From Candidatus Omnitrophota bacterium (GTDB lineage Bacteria; Omnitrophota; Gorgyraeia; Zapsychrales; JANLHA01): 64,000 nucleotides of DNA. The notes under the pieces are model-generated. The model saw nothing but the letters and a program-made list of their open reading frames with translations, searched no databases and was not told the origin of the DNA. The stretch is from NCBI GenBank assembly GCA_038222225.1, contig JBBRHV010000004.1, positions 6,778 through 70,777 on the forward strand, given 5' to 3'. The translations under genes and the position numbers were made by a program. This document shows positions 22,409 through 32,007 of this stretch, in pieces. The number at the start of each line of letters is the position of its first letter. Positions within the stretch are counted from its first letter, which is position 1.

Positions 22409-22924
22409 TCACCCTTTCTTAGCTTTTTCACAGACCCTGTGCGCCGACGCCAACCTCTTATACAATTCTTTCAGAGATTGTGAAATGACTTTTGTCTGAC
22501 AGATCACCGGCATGAAATTGATATCGCCTGACCAACGCGGAACAATGTGCATATGAATATGACCGGGCACTCCGGCCCCAGCCGCCTTGCCGATATTCAT
22601 GCCAATATTAAACCCATCCGGCTTCAACTCGCGGACCAGCAGTCCTTTGACATATTCCATCAGATCAAAAAGCTCCAACCGCTCTTCCTGTTTCAATTGA
22701 GAAAGATCCCGGACATGACGATAAGGCACGATCAACGAATGCCCGTTATTGTACGGATAAATGTTTAAAACCGCATAACAATGCGTCCACCGCACAAAAA
22801 CCGCATTCTTTAAATCCGTGTTTTCCTGCGCGATGCGGCAAAACAGACATCCCTTTTTCTTCGTCTTTTGATCGCCGATTATTGTCAAATACTGACTTCT
22901 CCAGGGCGCCCACAATTTATCCAT
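22409..22924 (-). CDS. HIT (histidine triad) family nucleotide hydrolase/transferase
   Basis: HIHMHIVPR histidine triad. Confidence 0.8.
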   Translation of the reverse strand: MDKLWAPWRSQYLTIIGDQKTKKKGCLFCRIAQENTDLKNAVFVRWTHCYAVLNIYPYNNGHSLIVPYRHVRDLSQLKQEERLELFDLMEYVKGLLVRELKPDGFNIGMNIGKAAGAGVPGHIHMHIVPRWSGDINFMPVICQTKVISQSLKELYKRLASAHRVCEKAKKG

Positions 22925-23405
22925 GATTCTCCACCTTAATAATTCTAGCCTGAACGTCTTTCCCCAAAACTTCTAACATTCCATACGATCGATACGGGGC
23001 GAATATTTCATCGGTTGGGCTTCCAGGGTTGAAATACAAAACGGACCCAATCCGTTCATTGAACGGCTCATGCGTGTGTCCGAAAATAACGATATCGACC
23101 TTCTCATCGCGGAACTCCTCTTGCACAAATTTCACAACCTGGTCCTTAGGCCCCCGGCCATGCACAACACCGATCCGGCAGCCTCCACAGGTCAGGATAC
23201 AGCGATGGGGAAATTTTTTTCCGATTTTTTCATCATCCATGTTGCCGCAGACACCCTTCACCTCGGCGATCTCCAGCAATTGTCTCAAGCCCGATTCATC
23301 ACACATATCACCGGCCTGAATAATAAAAGCGACCTCCTTAAAATCCCTGACCAACTGTAACGGGAGTTTCTTGGAATGCGTATCCGCAACAACACCAATC
23401 TTCAT
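22917..23405 (-). CDS. YfcE/MJ0936-family metallophosphoesterase
   Basis: MKIGVVADTHS..., GDMCD, GNMD, GHTHEP calcineurin-like motifs. ATG at 23405 with AAGGA upstream. Confidence 0.8.
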   Translation of the reverse strand: MKIGVVADTHSKKLPLQLVRDFKEVAFIIQAGDMCDESGLRQLLEIAEVKGVCGNMDDEKIGKKFPHRCILTCGGCRIGVVHGRGPKDQVVKFVQEEFRDEKVDIVIFGHTHEPFNERIGSVLYFNPGSPTDEIFAPYRSYGMLEVLGKDVQARIIKVENHG

Positions 23406-23415
23406 GGTACCGTCC

Positions 23416-25044
23416 TTAAACAATATAGGATTGACCGTATAAATTTAAGAGTGTGTTCAATTCACTCTCATTCCAAATCCACATCCGCTCCTGAAGAGCC
23501 CGAACACGGACATTCTCATCTAAGTCTTCCAATGCAATCAGCACGCAGCGTTCCAGCTTTCGATTGCGCTTCTTTAAATGGGCTGCAATGTTCGCAATTT
23601 CCTGCTCCTGAACAGAGCGACGGGTCAAAAAAACGCACCAATTTCCGGATGATGTGTGCGCATCGATAAACGCAAACGAATCCGGAGAGCCGTCAAGCTT
23701 CTTCAGGGAAGACATCCTATCAAAAACAGGCAGCTTATACCTCCGGCCGTTCATCTGAACTGCCTCATCATCAAAACAATTGAACAGTTCAATAATGCGC
23801 GCCTGGACATCCTTTTTGTTCGCCACCTGGAAACTCTCAACGATCTGACCAAACTCCGTCTCAAACTCTTTCATTTGGCGCTCAAGGCTGCACTCGATCA
23901 TCTGTTGACGCTTATAAAAAACAAACTTCAGCCAGTACCGGAACAAGCGGTCATCAATATAAAAAAGCTTTCCATTTTTTACGACATACCCCACCTCGAT
24001 CAGACGGCTGATTCGCGGAGAAATCTGTGACAGCTTCATATTCATGAGGTGCGCAATATCTTTCGCTTTTTGTTTCCCGTTAGCCAAAACCAAAAGAATG
24101 CGGGCATTCATAACATTACCCTTCAGACACAGTGCGTCCATAAAAAGATCAAAATGCCGGCTGAGAACTCCCCAATGATTAAAGAGAACCCCCTTGATAG
24201 CCTCGGTCAAAACCGGCACGAACACTTCCGTTTGGCCATGCAGGCTGCAATATGTACGCAATTCATGACACACCAGCTTCAAATAAAGAGGCCTTCGCCC
24301 GGTAAAATCAATCAAGAAATCCCGCAAGGAATCACCGAGCTGAATGCCTTGAAGATGGGCCTTAATAAATTCCTGACAGGTGCGGATTGAGAATGGATCA
24401 ACGCGGCGAATTTCAAAATTTCCGAACAGCAAAGAAAGCTTTTCTGAAAGAATGATCTCGGCCACGCTCGGCAACGACGAGGATACAATGTATAAACACT
24501 GTTTTTGAGTCATGATTGTTTTCCCCAGATCCCGATACACATCTGGAATTCCCCAATCATCAAGCGCGTGAAACTCATCAAGCACCAGGACACAAAATAA
24601 ACCCGTTTCAGAAGAAAAGACTTGGGGCAAAGCAATCACGTCCCGATAGGCATCCGCTTGACGGCCATGCGACAAATGAGCTTGTATGCGCCGCACACTT
24701 TTCACCGTGTCAGGCGTCACATCCTGCGCGCTTTCGAGTAAGAGCTTGAGATCTTCATGAGGCGATTGACCGCGGGATTTTAAGAATTGATACAATAACG
24801 AGGACGCGACTTTTTCACAAAATTGCCCAATATCCAGATTTTCCAGATCAACAAAAACCGAAATAATGCTTCGCTGTTCCAAACTATCCAAAAATTTATG
24901 GAGAACGCTGGTTTTCCCGATATATCGTTCACCCAACAGCGCGATATTCTGACGATACCCATCCTTGAAATCCAAAACACGCTTTTTGAGAAGCCCTAAA
25001 ATATCTTCGCGCCCGTAAAATTTATCCAACCCGATCATGACCAT
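23416..25044 (-). CDS. orphan P-loop ATPase with an internal winged-helix and a C-terminal DUF234-like region (archaeal-ATPase family-like)
   Basis: Walker A LGERYIGKTS; Walker B VLVLDEFH; ArsR/MarR-like winged HTH (ARILLVLANGKQKAKDIAHLMNMKLSQISPRISRLIEVGYV). Confidence 0.6.
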   Translation of the reverse strand: MVMIGLDKFYGREDILGLLKKRVLDFKDGYRQNIALLGERYIGKTSVLHKFLDSLEQRSIISVFVDLENLDIGQFCEKVASSLLYQFLKSRGQSPHEDLKLLLESAQDVTPDTVKSVRRIQAHLSHGRQADAYRDVIALPQVFSSETGLFCVLVLDEFHALDDWGIPDVYRDLGKTIMTQKQCLYIVSSSLPSVAEIILSEKLSLLFGNFEIRRVDPFSIRTCQEFIKAHLQGIQLGDSLRDFLIDFTGRRPLYLKLVCHELRTYCSLHGQTEVFVPVLTEAIKGVLFNHWGVLSRHFDLFMDALCLKGNVMNARILLVLANGKQKAKDIAHLMNMKLSQISPRISRLIEVGYVVKNGKLFYIDDRLFRYWLKFVFYKRQQMIECSLERQMKEFETEFGQIVESFQVANKKDVQARIIELFNCFDDEAVQMNGRRYKLPVFDRMSSLKKLDGSPDSFAFIDAHTSSGNWCVFLTRRSVQEQEIANIAAHLKKRNRKLERCVLIALEDLDENVRVRALQERMWIWNESELNTLLNLYGQSYIV

Positions 25045-25055
25045 AAAATACGCCC

Positions 25056-25730
25056 CTACCGTTTCGGCAAATAAAACAATGGATTATCAGCAACCCCATC
25101 TTTGCGAACTTCAAAATACAAAAAAGAATTCCCGTCTGTCTCCGAAATCTCCGCCAGCTTATCACCCTTAGAAACATAATCATTCAAACGCGCTGTCAGA
25201 CGCGCCGTGCGGGCATAAACCGTCATAAATCCGTCCTGATGATCCACAATCACGACCTGACCATAACCCGTCAGATAATCCGCCAGCACGACCCGCCCTG
25301 CCCGCGAAGACCTCACCGGTGATTTTTCGGGAGCTCGAATCTTGATGCCCTTACTGAAATGCGGGGACGTCCCGCTAAAAAAACCGACCACGTCACCTTC
25401 AACCGGCCATGCAAATTTCAAACGGTCAGGATCTGCACTACGCACATCAAGATCCAAAGACCGTTCTGCCCGGGGAATAAAGATCTTCTGCCCAACCTTA
25501 ATATTCGCGACATCGGCAATCTGATTGGCCTTAATAATTTCCTCGAGTTCCACATGATAGACCTGCGCGATCTGCCAAAGCGTCTGTTCCCTTTCCACCG
25601 TATGATAAATGCCCTGCGGCCGATAACCATAATATTCACCGGGCTGATAAATCACCGGAGCACATCCGCCAACAACAGCACTCAGCAGAACCACGATTGA
25701 TAAAATATTTTTCAGAGAACGGCTCTCCAC
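25056..25730 (-). CDS. LysM + M23 family peptidase lipoprotein
   Basis: LysM (YHTVEREQTLWQIAQVY) and M23 (DHQDGFMTVY, NSFLYFEVR) regions. Start set to GTG at 25730, giving the lipoprotein signal ...ILSIVVLLSAVVGGC. The track ORF runs on across tRNA-Gly. Confidence 0.6.
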   Translation of the reverse strand: MESRSLKNILSIVVLLSAVVGGCAPVIYQPGEYYGYRPQGIYHTVEREQTLWQIAQVYHVELEEIIKANQIADVANIKVGQKIFIPRAERSLDLDVRSADPDRLKFAWPVEGDVVGFFSGTSPHFSKGIKIRAPEKSPVRSSRAGRVVLADYLTGYGQVVIVDHQDGFMTVYARTARLTARLNDYVSKGDKLAEISETDGNSFLYFEVRKDGVADNPLFYLPKR

Positions 25731-25736
25731 GAAAAA

Positions 25737-25810
25737 TGGAGCGAGGGACGGGAATCGAACCCGCGTAGCCAGCTTGGGAAGCTGGAATTCTACCCCTGAA
25801 TTACCCTCGC
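25737..25810 (-). tRNA. tRNA-Gly (anticodon CCC), CCA encoded
   Basis: Minus-strand GCGAGGGTAATTCAGGGGTAGAATTCCAGCTTCCCAAGCTGGCTACGCGGGTTCGATTCCCGTCCCTCGCTCCA. Cloverleaf with a 7-bp acceptor stem, anticodon loop TTCCCAA, and T-loop TTCGATT. Confidence 0.85.
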
Positions 25811-25843
25811 AAAAATTTTCTCTTCTATCACAAAAAGTCTTCA

Positions 25844-26506
25844 CTATGAGCACTCTTGATCGTTCGTCATGCGATTTGACAGCTTGCTTCGGAATGACCG
25901 AATAACGGATCCCGCATCATCACTCAAACAAACAGCCCTTGTCACAGCGACTCGATTGATGCCTAACGCCGTCACCTGGTCAATATTGTCCAACGTAATT
26001 CCCCCAATTGGAAAAACCGGAATGTGTGATTGAGCCCCTGCAGATTTAAGCACCTCTAACGGCATCGGACTACGTTGGGGTTTCGTCAACGTCTTAAAAA
26101 CAGAACCAAACCCGACATAATCCGCTCCGGCAGCTTCAGCCTGATAAAGATGTTCAATCGTCTGGCATGAAGTGCCAATGACCAACCCGGCTCCCGCGAT
26201 TCTGCGGGCCTCCGCAACAGGAAGATCGTCCTGGCCCAAGTGAACCCCATCACATCCAGCGGCCAAGGCAATATCCAATCGATCATTGACAATGAACAGC
26301 AGTTTTCCTCGCGTTAAATATAATGCATCGCGCACAAACGAGAAAATCTCTTTCGCCGATCCGTTCTTATCACGCAGTTGAACAATGTCTGCTCCGGCAT
26401 CCACACAAAATTTCAACACATCAAACAGCTTTCTATAATCCGCGATCGCGCGATCTAAAACAACATAGACCTTTGCACGGGACAACATATTCATAATATT
26501 ATTCAT
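25844..26506 (-). CDS. thiE: thiamine-phosphate synthase
   Basis: VYVVLD, LKFCVDAGADIVQLRDKN, GVHLGQDD, GADYVGFGSVF motifs. Start uncertain (ATG cluster at 26488-26506; the track starts at 26545). Confidence 0.8.
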   Translation of the reverse strand: MNNIMNMLSRAKVYVVLDRAIADYRKLFDVLKFCVDAGADIVQLRDKNGSAKEIFSFVRDALYLTRGKLLFIVNDRLDIALAAGCDGVHLGQDDLPVAEARRIAGAGLVIGTSCQTIEHLYQAEAAGADYVGFGSVFKTLTKPQRSPMPLEVLKSAGAQSHIPVFPIGGITLDNIDQVTALGINRVAVTRAVCLSDDAGSVIRSFRSKLSNRMTNDQECS

Positions 26507-26541
26507 AAGAATTACAAAATTATACCAGAAAAACCACGCTT

Positions 26542-27012
26542 TCAAAACGAAAACTTTTCCTGGACTTTGCGTTCAAAATCATAAATTTTATAGCGCGCGC
26601 TTTTCAAATCCTGCGCTTTTTTTCTGTTCACCAGCTTCATGAATTCTTCCAAAACCCGTATGGATTCCTTAACGCGCTGCATATTGGCAAAAAAAATATC
26701 CCGTACATCTTTGCGTCGAAACTCAGTTACTGAAGAGGATTTTCCAACATCACCAACACTATCACGGTTCTTAAGCAATGCCCCACGGCTCAAAGATTTC
26801 TGAATATCCGTTAAAGAATGCCTCACGCTTTTTAAAAACCGTGTCCAGCCCGCCTCATCGCACACAAACCGGGAAATGTCCTCGCAAACCCTCAAGCCTT
26901 CCTTGGCCCGATTGAAGTTGGCATCCAAGACACGAAAAATTTTCTGATCAATGGTTTTTGGCACTCTTCTGAATTTTACCGATAATGCGCGTCGTTGATA
27001 AATTCGGGACAT
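26542..27012 (-). CDS. conserved hypothetical protein translationally coupled to thiE
   Basis: Contains FRVLDANFNRAKEGLRVCEDISRF. Overlaps thiE by 4 nt and the upstream gene by about 65 nt. Function unknown to me. Confidence 0.4.
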   Translation of the reverse strand: MSRIYQRRALSVKFRRVPKTIDQKIFRVLDANFNRAKEGLRVCEDISRFVCDEAGWTRFLKSVRHSLTDIQKSLSRGALLKNRDSVGDVGKSSSVTEFRRKDVRDIFFANMQRVKESIRVLEEFMKLVNRKKAQDLKSARYKIYDFERKVQEKFSF

Positions 27013-27430
27013 ACTTGATCAGCTCAACCCGATCGACAAGGTCTGCCCCGGCCACTGTCTTTCCCTTCCAATCCGCACCTTTGATCAAAACATCCGGCCG
27101 GACCGCCCGAATCAGTTCATACGGAGTTTCTTCGTCAAAGATCGTTATAAAATCTACGCAGGCCAGCGCTGCCAAAACCCCGGCGCGGTCTAATTGAGAA
27201 TTCACCGGCCTCTGTGGCCCTTTAATCTTTCGCACGGAACAATCGCTATTTAAGCCAACGATCAAAACCCGATCGTTCTGCTTGGCCTGTTCCAAATAGC
27301 TCACATGACCATAATGCAGAATATCAAAACACCCGTTGGTAAACGCAATCACCCGCTGTTCTTTGCGTAAAACAGCCAGCTTTCGTTTCAACGTCGCAAG
27401 AGTGACGATCTTGTTCTTAGAATTTATCAT
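26948..27430 (-). CDS. D-glycero-beta-D-manno-heptose-1-phosphate adenylyltransferase (HldE domain II-like, stand-alone)
   Basis: Cytidylyltransferase motif FTNGCFDILHYGH; ATG at 27430 (MINSKNKIV). Confidence 0.8.
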   Translation of the reverse strand: MINSKNKIVTLATLKRKLAVLRKEQRVIAFTNGCFDILHYGHVSYLEQAKQNDRVLIVGLNSDCSVRKIKGPQRPVNSQLDRAGVLAALACVDFITIFDEETPYELIRAVRPDVLIKGADWKGKTVAGADLVDRVELIKYVPNLSTTRIIGKIQKSAKNH

Positions 27431-27434
27431 TGTT

Positions 27435-27998
27435 TTAAAATTGTTCTTCGACCAACTCACAGATCGCATGTGCAATCGTTATATGCGCCTCTTGAACTCG
27501 CGCCGTGACCTTGGAAGGTACGGCCAGACACAGTTCGACCACCTCCGCCAAACGTCCGCCTCCCTCTCCAGTCAGCGCGATCGTCCTCATGCCCTTTGCT
27601 TGAGCGGCTTGAACAGCCTGAATCACATTTTGAGAATGACCGCTGGTAGAAAGCCCTAAAAAAACATCACCCGGCGCTCCAATCGCCTCGACTTGACGGG
27701 AAAAAACACAATCAAACTGATAATCATTGGATAAACAGGTTAGGATTGAGGTGTCTGTCGTGAGCGCGATGGCAGCCAATGCCCTGCGCTCTTTCTGAAA
27801 ACGACCAACAAACTCTGCGGCAATGTGCTGGCTATCTGCAGCTGAACCTCCGTTGCCGCAAATGAGAAGTTTCTGCCCGTTCTTAAAACAATCCGAAATC
27901 ATTGCAATGGCAGTTTCAATATTCTCCATGTTCTGCGCAAACGCCGCTTCTGTGACCCGAATACTGTCCTGAACAATATCTTGAATGCGATCGTTCAT
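27435..27998 (-). CDS. gmhA: phosphoheptose isomerase (SIS domain)
   Basis: LLICGNGGSAADSQHIAAEF and LGLSTSGHSQNV SIS motifs. Confidence 0.85.
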   Translation of the reverse strand: MNDRIQDIVQDSIRVTEAAFAQNMENIETAIAMISDCFKNGQKLLICGNGGSAADSQHIAAEFVGRFQKERRALAAIALTTDTSILTCLSNDYQFDCVFSRQVEAIGAPGDVFLGLSTSGHSQNVIQAVQAAQAKGMRTIALTGEGGGRLAEVVELCLAVPSKVTARVQEAHITIAHAICELVEEQF

Positions 27999-28010
27999 AC
28001 CACTACCCCT

Positions 28011-29036
28011 TTAATGAGCAAAAAAGACCGACGCAACATTATAAAGATCCATATCGATGGTCTTGCGCTTCTTTATCGCTTTTTCAATATCCACAGAACC
28101 CAGCTTGCTGTGCTTCAAACTGACCATTTGCCCGAATTTCTGTTCTTTGGCAAGATCAACGGCCTTGACCCCAAACTGCGTCCCAATAATACGGTCATAG
28201 GCGGTCGGAACCCCTCCGCGTTGAATATGGCCCAAAACACTCACGCGTGTTTCATAACCGGTGTTTTTTTCGATTCTCTCAGCTACAAATTCTCCAATAC
28301 CTCCGAAACGGTAATGGCTTATTCTTTTAGCGATCTCTTCCGGAGAAAAACCTTTGATCCTCGCCCCTTCCGCCACCACGACAATGCTGAACGTTTTTCC
28401 GCGGCGATGACGGGCAGTTAAATCCAGACACACAGCATCAAGATCAGATTCTATTTCAGGAATCAAGATCACATCCGCTCCGCCGGCAATCCCTGACTCT
28501 AAAGCGATCCAGCCCGTATACCGTCCCATAACTTCAATAACAATAATCCGATGATGACTTTCAGCTGTCGTATGCAGCCGGTCAATACACTCCGTTGCAA
28601 TATTAACCGCCGTGTCAAACCCAAAGGCATACTCCGTTCCCGAAAGAGCGTTGTCAATGGATTTCGGAACACCGATCACTTTGATATGCCCCTTTTGATA
28701 TAAATCGAGCGCAATGGATAACGTCTGTTCTCCGCCGACAGCGATGAGGGCATCAATACCGCTGCGTTTATAATTTTCAGCAATAGCCGTAACATTGCTG
28801 GGATTCTCCAAAGGATTAATACGGCTTGTTCCCAAAATCGTACCGCCCTTATCCAAGATGCCGGATGTCATGCGCGGATCCAAGATCCTCATGTCATTCT
28901 CGATCAGCCCTTCCCATCCATTCTTTATCCCGGTCACGACATACCCCTCAAACATGCCCTTACGGACAACCGCACGAATCACCGAATTTAATCCCGGACA
29001 ATCCGCCCCGCCTGTAAGAATCCCAATTTTCTTCAT
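28011..29036 (-). CDS. pfkA: 6-phosphofructokinase
   Basis: MKKIGILTGGADCPGLN..., GGEQTL, MGRYTGW motifs. ATG at 29036 with AAGGTGG upstream. Confidence 0.85.
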   Translation of the reverse strand: MKKIGILTGGADCPGLNSVIRAVVRKGMFEGYVVTGIKNGWEGLIENDMRILDPRMTSGILDKGGTILGTSRINPLENPSNVTAIAENYKRSGIDALIAVGGEQTLSIALDLYQKGHIKVIGVPKSIDNALSGTEYAFGFDTAVNIATECIDRLHTTAESHHRIIVIEVMGRYTGWIALESGIAGGADVILIPEIESDLDAVCLDLTARHRRGKTFSIVVVAEGARIKGFSPEEIAKRISHYRFGGIGEFVAERIEKNTGYETRVSVLGHIQRGGVPTAYDRIIGTQFGVKAVDLAKEQKFGQMVSLKHSKLGSVDIEKAIKKRKTIDMDLYNVASVFFAH

Positions 29037-29124
29037 AGTCGCCACCTTAATAAGGGTTCAAACAATGTTTATGCCCTGTCTGACTATTCTCTATTCACGC
29101 CCCCAGCAAACTCATCGTTGCTTC

Positions 29125-29739
29125 TTACGCCCGATAACCTTCAAAAGGAACATTCGGTTTGGCCGCCTCACTGGAAACTTCAGCCACTTTCATTTTCTTG
29201 TCTTTACTGCGCGGCACGATCTTCACAACATCCACATCAACTTCAACACCCAATTCAGCTCCGATCATATTCTGAATTTTCGATTTGATAATGCTCTGCA
29301 GCCTGGAGGTCACTTCCGGAATATTAATATCCCCGTTCAAGGCGACCCGCGACTGAATATAAAGATCTCCGTTTTTCTTTGCCAAAACAGATGCCCGCAC
29401 TTCTTTAACTTCTTCCAACGAAGAAAGTTCCCGGCGCACAAGATCTTCCAAAGCCACCAACGAAACAAAAACCCGGCCTTCAGGATTATCAAAAGCAATG
29501 TTTTTTCCCTTTTGCTGATCCCCATAAATCACTTTAGCAAACGTATACGCTTTGAGGACCAAAATCAAAGCCACTAAACCCATGATCAAACGAACCTGAA
29601 GATTGTCGTTGATGCCCGCCAGGATCACAACCATTTCATCAAACGGCATCAGTTTCAGCGCAATCATAATCAAAAAACATGCCACCAGCATCGTCACCAC
29701 ACAATAAAACATCACGCCTAATCGGACCATCAGTTTCAT
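29125..29739 (-). CDS. amaP: alkaline shock response membrane anchor protein AmaP
   Basis: N-terminal TM helices plus a conserved AmaP region; directly upstream of and overlapping asp23. Confidence 0.65.
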   Translation of the reverse strand: MKLMVRLGVMFYCVVTMLVACFLIMIALKLMPFDEMVVILAGINDNLQVRLIMGLVALILVLKAYTFAKVIYGDQQKGKNIAFDNPEGRVFVSLVALEDLVRRELSSLEEVKEVRASVLAKKNGDLYIQSRVALNGDINIPEVTSRLQSIIKSKIQNMIGAELGVEVDVDVVKIVPRSKDKKMKVAEVSSEAAKPNVPFEGYRA

Positions 29740-30092
29740 TGATCCCCCCTCTCTATCCCATGGATATTGACATTGACATCTTTTAAATCGATATCAACTG
29801 TTTGTTCAATGGCCTCCCGAATAGCATCTTGAGCTTGAATGGCGACATCCGGAATGCGCAGACCATAATCAACACACACGCGCACATGAACCGAAACCTG
29901 GCCGGTCTTCTCGATATCAACATTGATCGCCGACTGTGCGTAGAGGCCGATAATCCTGAGCAACTGATCGGCCATATTTGGTTTAATAAGACGGATCCCC
30001 TTGACCCCCGCCACCGCATTGGCAACGATATCAGCGATCACCTTCTTGTGAATTTTTACAGATCCCAAATCAACATTTTTAATCTCACTCAT
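29736..30092 (-). CDS. Asp23/Gls24 family envelope stress protein
   Basis: VKIHKKVIADIVANAVAGVKGI... typical of the Asp23 family. Confidence 0.8.
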   Translation of the reverse strand: MSEIKNVDLGSVKIHKKVIADIVANAVAGVKGIRLIKPNMADQLLRIIGLYAQSAINVDIEKTGQVSVHVRVCVDYGLRIPDVAIQAQDAIREAIEQTVDIDLKDVNVNIHGIERGDQ

Positions 30093-30107
30093 TCTTACGC
30101 CTCCAGC

Positions 30108-31451
30108 TCATTTCTTCATGTATTTTTCCAGAAAATTTGTAGAAAATTCTCCCTTAATAAACATCGGATGATTTAAAACTTCTAAATGCAGACCGATCGT
30201 TGTCTTGATCGGAGCGACATAAAACTCATCTAATGCACGCCGCATAATACGAATCGCCTCTTTACGGTCCTTCCCGTAGGTAATTAATTTCGCGATCATC
30301 GAATCATAATGCGGGCTGATCGTATAACCCGGATAGATATGTGAATCGATGCGCACGCCACGGCCTCCCGGAAGATTCAGATCCTCGATCTTCCCGGGAC
30401 ACGGCATAAAATTATTAGCCGGATCTTCCGCGTTAATACGGCATTCAATGGCTGCTCCTTCAAAACGGATATCCTCTTGCTTGAAGGGCAGTTTTTCGCC
30501 CGCCGCAACCTTGATCTGTTCTTTGACCAGGTCGATCCCGGTGACCATTTCCGTCACCGGATGCTCAACCTGAATACGCGTATTCATCTCCATAAAATAG
30601 AACTCGCCGGTGGAGTCCAGCAAAAATTCGATGGTCCCAACCCCCTCATAATTCGCAGCTTTGGCAACTTTCACCGCTGCATCGCCCATTTTCTTGCGCA
30701 AAGACTTTGTCAATGCCGGTGAAGGCGACTCTTCGATCAGTTTTTGATGCCGACGCTGAATGCTGCAATCCCGTTCACCGAGATGAACGACATTTCCGTG
30801 GCTGTCTGCCAAGATCTGAAACTCAATATGGCGGGGCTCTGTCAAATATTTTTCGATATACACAGCGGAATTCCCAAAATTCGCCTCTGCCTCAGAACGG
30901 GCCATCGCAAAAGCACCCATCAGCGTCATGTCGTTATGACAGACCCGCATGCCCTTCCCGCCGCCGCCTGCCGCAGCCTTAATAATGATCGGGTATTTAA
31001 TGCTGTTGGCAATTTTCAGAGCTTCTTTTTCATCGACAACCACACCCTTACCTCCGGGAGTTAATGGAACGCCCACTTTACGCACGGTCTCCCGAGCCTG
31101 GATCTTGTCCCCCATCAGACGAATGGTTTCCGGTGATGGTCCGATAAAACGGATATGGCACGATTCACAGATTTCAGCAAAATGCGCATTTTCCGCCAGA
31201 AACCCATACCCCGGATGGATCGCTTCCACATCCATAATCTCAGCGGCTGAAATAATGGCCGGAATATTCAAATAGCTCAGAGAGCTTTTGGCAGGACCGA
31301 TGCACACCGCCTCATCGGCAAACCGGACATGTGAAGATTTGCTGTCAGCTTCCGAAAATACTGCCACCGTTTGAATCCCCATCTCACGGCAAGCCCGGAT
31401 AATTCTCAGGGCGATCTCGCCCCGATTCGCAATTAAAATTTTTGAAAACAT
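30108..31451 (-). CDS. accC: acetyl-CoA carboxylase biotin carboxylase subunit
   Basis: [26 protein letters not shown]...; ATP-grasp and biotin-carboxylase C domains. Confidence 0.95.
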   Translation of the reverse strand: MFSKILIANRGEIALRIIRACREMGIQTVAVFSEADSKSSHVRFADEAVCIGPAKSSLSYLNIPAIISAAEIMDVEAIHPGYGFLAENAHFAEICESCHIRFIGPSPETIRLMGDKIQARETVRKVGVPLTPGGKGVVVDEKEALKIANSIKYPIIIKAAAGGGGKGMRVCHNDMTLMGAFAMARSEAEANFGNSAVYIEKYLTEPRHIEFQILADSHGNVVHLGERDCSIQRRHQKLIEESPSPALTKSLRKKMGDAAVKVAKAANYEGVGTIEFLLDSTGEFYFMEMNTRIQVEHPVTEMVTGIDLVKEQIKVAAGEKLPFKQEDIRFEGAAIECRINAEDPANNFMPCPGKIEDLNLPGGRGVRIDSHIYPGYTISPHYDSMIAKLITYGKDRKEAIRIMRRALDEFYVAPIKTTIGLHLEVLNHPMFIKGEFSTNFLEKYMKK

Positions 31452-31545
31452 ATATTAACCAATCTTAGAGTTCTATTCATGACGAGTCTTATTAGGCCTC
31501 CCACCTTTCAAGCGAAACCTAACCCTTACAAAATCCAGACTTCCG

Positions 31546-32007
31546 TTAAGCTGGTTCAATCAAAAAAAGCGGCTGGCCGAATTCAACCGGTTCAGCATTG
31601 TTGACTAGAATTTCCACAACTTTCCCGCGCACCTCCGCTTTGATCTCATTCATAAGTTTCATCGCTTCAATGATGCACACAACTTGCCCGATTTCAATGA
31701 CTTGACCGACATCCGCATATGCAGGAGATTCCGGCGACGGAGCCCGATAGAATGTTCCGACCATCGGAGATGTAATCTCAACGGTGTTCGTCGCTTTCGC
31801 GACAGGAGCCGCGGATTCCTCCGCTGCGGATGAAATGCCAGGCGCGGACGCTGAAACAAGAGGAGGCTGATGATAAACCGGAGCCATCTGAACATCGCTT
31901 CCAAATTTTTTCATCTTCAACCTGGAACCCTCCCGTTCGACTTCGACTTCTGAAAGCTCGTTTTCTTTCATCAACTTAAGAATTTCCTTAATTTCCTTCA
32001 AGTTCAT
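31546..32007 (-). CDS. accB: biotin carboxyl carrier protein
   Basis: Biotinyl-lysine motif CIIEAMKLMNEI in the C-terminal domain. Confidence 0.9.
   Translation of the reverse strand: MNLKEIKEILKLMKENELSEVEVEREGSRLKMKKFGSDVQMAPVYHQPPLVSASAPGISSAAEESAAPVAKATNTVEITSPMVGTFYRAPSPESPAYADVGQVIEIGQVVCIIEAMKLMNEIKAEVRGKVVEILVNNAEPVEFGQPLFLIEPA

Noticed and set aside
29783-31275. Multiple short ORFs inside and antisense to asp23 and accC (e.g. 29783-30025 -, 30349-30573 +, 30744-31064 +, 30949-31275 +)
   Set aside because: Embedded in well-conserved genes and lacking start-site context; spurious.
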